The position numbers and the translations under genes were made by a program. Positions 22,441 to 22,664 of a stretch of 22,664 nucleotides of DNA are shown piece after piece. Within the stretch, counting starts at the first letter, position 1, and each line of letters begins with the position of its first letter. Origin of the DNA: Candidatus Woesearchaeota archaeon. GTDB taxonomy: Archaea > Nanobdellota > Nanobdellia > Pacearchaeales > GW2011-AR1. The stretch is from assembly GCA_964545065.1 (NCBI GenBank), contig CAZJEO010000009.1:1-22664 (forward strand). The letters are read 5' to 3'. Below the pieces are notes generated by a model. The model did no database searches, was not told the DNA's origin, and was given only the letters and a program-made list of their open reading frames with translations.

Positions 22441-22664
22441 TTTCCACCTCTTCTAAGTCTTTTAGAAATTAAAATAAAGAAACCAATAAAAGCTAAACCC
22501 ACAATAAACATAGTAGAAAGAATAATTAATAAAAATTCACTTCCTAATCTATCTTCCGGAGAAAACACATCTTCTCTTGGTTCAATATTAACCAACACCC
22601 AAAAATTATCCTCTTCTGTTTCCTTTACAGTTCCTCTAAGTATCCCTTCTTCAACTCCTTCTTC
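22437..22664 (-). CDS. 3' end of a truncated CDS (75 aa seen) encoding a C-terminally anchored protein
   Basis: My translation ends ...EDRLGSEFLLIILSTMFIVGLAFIGFFILISKRLRRGGK. The TGA stop overlaps the next ATG as ATGA (22437-22440). The ORF runs off the window edge. Confidence 0.55.
   Translation of the reverse strand, partial: EEGVEEGILRGTVKETEEDNFWVLVNIEPREDVFSPEDRLGSEFLLIILSTMFIVGLAFIGFFILISKRLRRGGK

Overview
This is an AT-rich archaeal fragment. The archaeal markers are TFB, an LSm protein, ribosomal proteins S8e, L44e and S3Ae, an archaeal-type GlyRS and RNase Z. A/T-box promoters sit about 25 nt upstream of mostly leaderless ATGs. The compact layout and the many very large secreted proteins fit a DPANN-like (Woese-/Pace-/Nanoarchaeota-type) genome, but that assignment is inference only.

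Layout:
- (i) 1-6.5 kb, housekeeping block: HIT protein, small basic protein, GlyRS, a tRNA-Arg/tRNA-Cys pair, RNase Z, LSm, S8e, pyrophosphatase, TFB and tRNA-Leu.
- (ii) 6.8-20.5 kb, one uninterrupted minus-strand accessory cluster whose large products are all exported or membrane-anchored. In transcription order: Tat-like lipoprotein, 793-aa Cys-rich/CARDB protein, small RHH-like ORF, membrane-anchored S8 subtilase, OMP-like 8-strand beta-barrel protein, second small RHH-like ORF, GC-rich spacer, 617-aa protein with a prepilin-like signal, 1886-aa giant secreted protein.
- (iii) 20.6-22.7 kb: small membrane protein, L44e, S3Ae, tRNA-Thr and two C-terminally anchored surface proteins.

Most notable observations:
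- The accessory cluster is a candidate cell-surface or host-interaction module with no recognisable family assignment for its largest members.
- Two 42-44 aa paralogous ORFs are missing from the ORF track. They lie in a 121-nt repeat (7 mismatches by hand alignment).
- A GC-rich 110-nt spacer carries two copies of the 16-nt quasi-palindrome CGAGCGAnnTCGCGAG.
- A bacterial-OMP-like beta-barrel protein sits in an archaeal context.
- Partial copies of tRNA 3' ends lie next to tRNA-Leu (two copies) and tRNA-Cys (one copy). Each is split in the T-arm by a 58-61 nt insert, and two of the inserts are homologous hairpins with compensatory stem changes.

No integrase, CRISPR array, reverse transcriptase or rRNA was seen.
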